Below, piece by piece: positions 63,135-64,000 of a DNA stretch of 64,000 bases. The translations under genes and the position numbers were made by a program. Positions within the stretch are counted from its first letter, which is position 1; the number at the start of each line of letters is the position of its first letter. The notes beneath the pieces are model-generated. The model was not told where the DNA came from and did not search any database. It saw nothing but the letters and a program-made list of their open reading frames with translations. Origin of the DNA: an uncultured Desulfobacter sp. (GTDB lineage Bacteria > Desulfobacterota > Desulfobacteria > Desulfobacterales > Desulfobacteraceae); assembly GCA_963665095.1 (NCBI GenBank), contig OY762069.1:4320001-4384000 (forward strand), given 5' to 3'.

Positions 63135-64000
63135 TCAGGTATACAGCCATACCTTGAGCATGGATAACAGCTTATCCGTATCAATGGGTTTGGCCAGATA
63201 ATCGCTGGCCCCCGCATCAATACATTTATCCCGGTCTCCCTTCATAGCCTTGGCCGTCAAGGCAATTATCGGCAGTTCCTCATGGGTTTTGCGGATCTCT
63301 TTCATGGCCTGGTACCCGTCCATTTTAGGCATCATAATATCCATCAGAACAATATCAATCTCCTGGCGGGCCAGCACCTTTTCAACACCCTCCTCCCCAT
63401 CCCTGGCAATGATAATTTTCATGTTTTTATCTTCAAGTACAGAGGAGAGGGCAAATACATTCCTCATATCGTCATCCACCAGCAGCACTGTTTTATCTGT
63501 CAGAACGTTATTGCCTGGATGGGCCTTTTTCATCACGTTATGCTTTTCTTTAGGCAGATCCGCCTCCACCCGGTGGAGAAACAGGGCAGATTCTTCAATC
63601 AGACGCTCCGGTGAACGAACACCTTTAAGAATAATGCTGTCCGTGTATTTTCGAAGCTGTCTGTCCTCGTCCCGGGTCAGTTCCCTGCCCGTATAAATAA
63701 TTATCGGCAACTCCTTACAGAACGGCTCTTTTCTGATTCGGCCGAGCAGTTCAAACCCGGACATGTCATCCAGGCCGAGATCCAGAATCATACAGTCAAA
63801 CCGGTGTGCGGCCAGCTGCTCACAGGCACTGGCCCCGGTGGTGGCAATATCAACGTCAATGTCTTTTCCGGCAATCAGTTCGCGGATGCTTTTTGCCTGG
63901 GTTTTATCATCTTCCACTATCAGCAGCCGGCGAACGGGGCGGGTGATAATATTTTCAATTTTTTTAAAGGTCTCCTCCACCTTTTCAATGGTGACCGGCT
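63135..64000 (-). CDS. C-terminal tandem receiver domains of a hybrid sensor kinase (partial, runs off the window)
   Basis: LLIVEDD...ILDLGL; LLVDDDMRNVFAL...LMDIMMP, ALTAKAMKGDR, DYLAKP. Confidence 0.85.
   Translation of the reverse strand, partial: PVTIEKVEETFKKIENIITRPVRRLLIVEDDKTQAKSIRELIAGKDIDVDIATTGASACEQLAAHRFDCMILDLGLDDMSGFELLGRIRKEPFCKELPIIIYTGRELTRDEDRQLRKYTDSIILKGVRSPERLIEESALFLHRVEADLPKEKHNVMKKAHPGNNVLTDKTVLLVDDDMRNVFALSSVLEDKNMKIIIARDGEEGVEKVLARQEIDIVLMDIMMPKMDGYQAMKEIRKTHEELPIIALTAKAMKGDRDKCIDAGASDYLAKPIDTDKLLSMLKVWLYT

Overview
Bacterial window, probably from a sulfate-reducing deltaproteobacterium of the Desulfobacter type (inferred from gene content only). Bases ~100-46,230 form one minus-strand exosortase/PEP-CTERM exopolysaccharide locus. 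Its core part has a CAAX protease, an epimerase, a TIGR03790-like protein, PrsT, a sigma54-driven PEP-CTERM protein, a split Wzc, a priming sugar transferase, Wza, a beta-barrel, EpsI, an exosortase, a deacetylase and a FemAB-like protein. Its AT-rich variable part has glycosyltransferases, two flippases, two sulfotransferases, an acyltransferase, an O-antigen ligase/polymerase and a GT-C-like protein. Two insertion sequences interrupt the locus. One is an apparently intact 3,352-bp IS21-family element (9032-12383, 6-bp target duplication). It carries two extra genes (Cys-rich and winged-HTH) and three 12-bp repeats at exact 69-bp spacing, and it sits inside a palindromic REP-like element. The other is a decayed IS4 (14057-15520, 10-bp target duplication). 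An AlbA_2/Schlafen-type gene is embedded in the operon. The rest is housekeeping and signalling: AEC transporter, nifJ, XRE-cupin regulator, MscS-like channel, ferritin-like protein, an HDOD kinase/MshEN-like/FlhG-like operon, divergent pncB/pncA, a SLOG-like gene, a frameshifted REC-GGDEF gene and a partial multi-REC protein. Three copies of a structured repeat each begin at a stop codon. All calls come from reading motifs by eye; no database searches were run.
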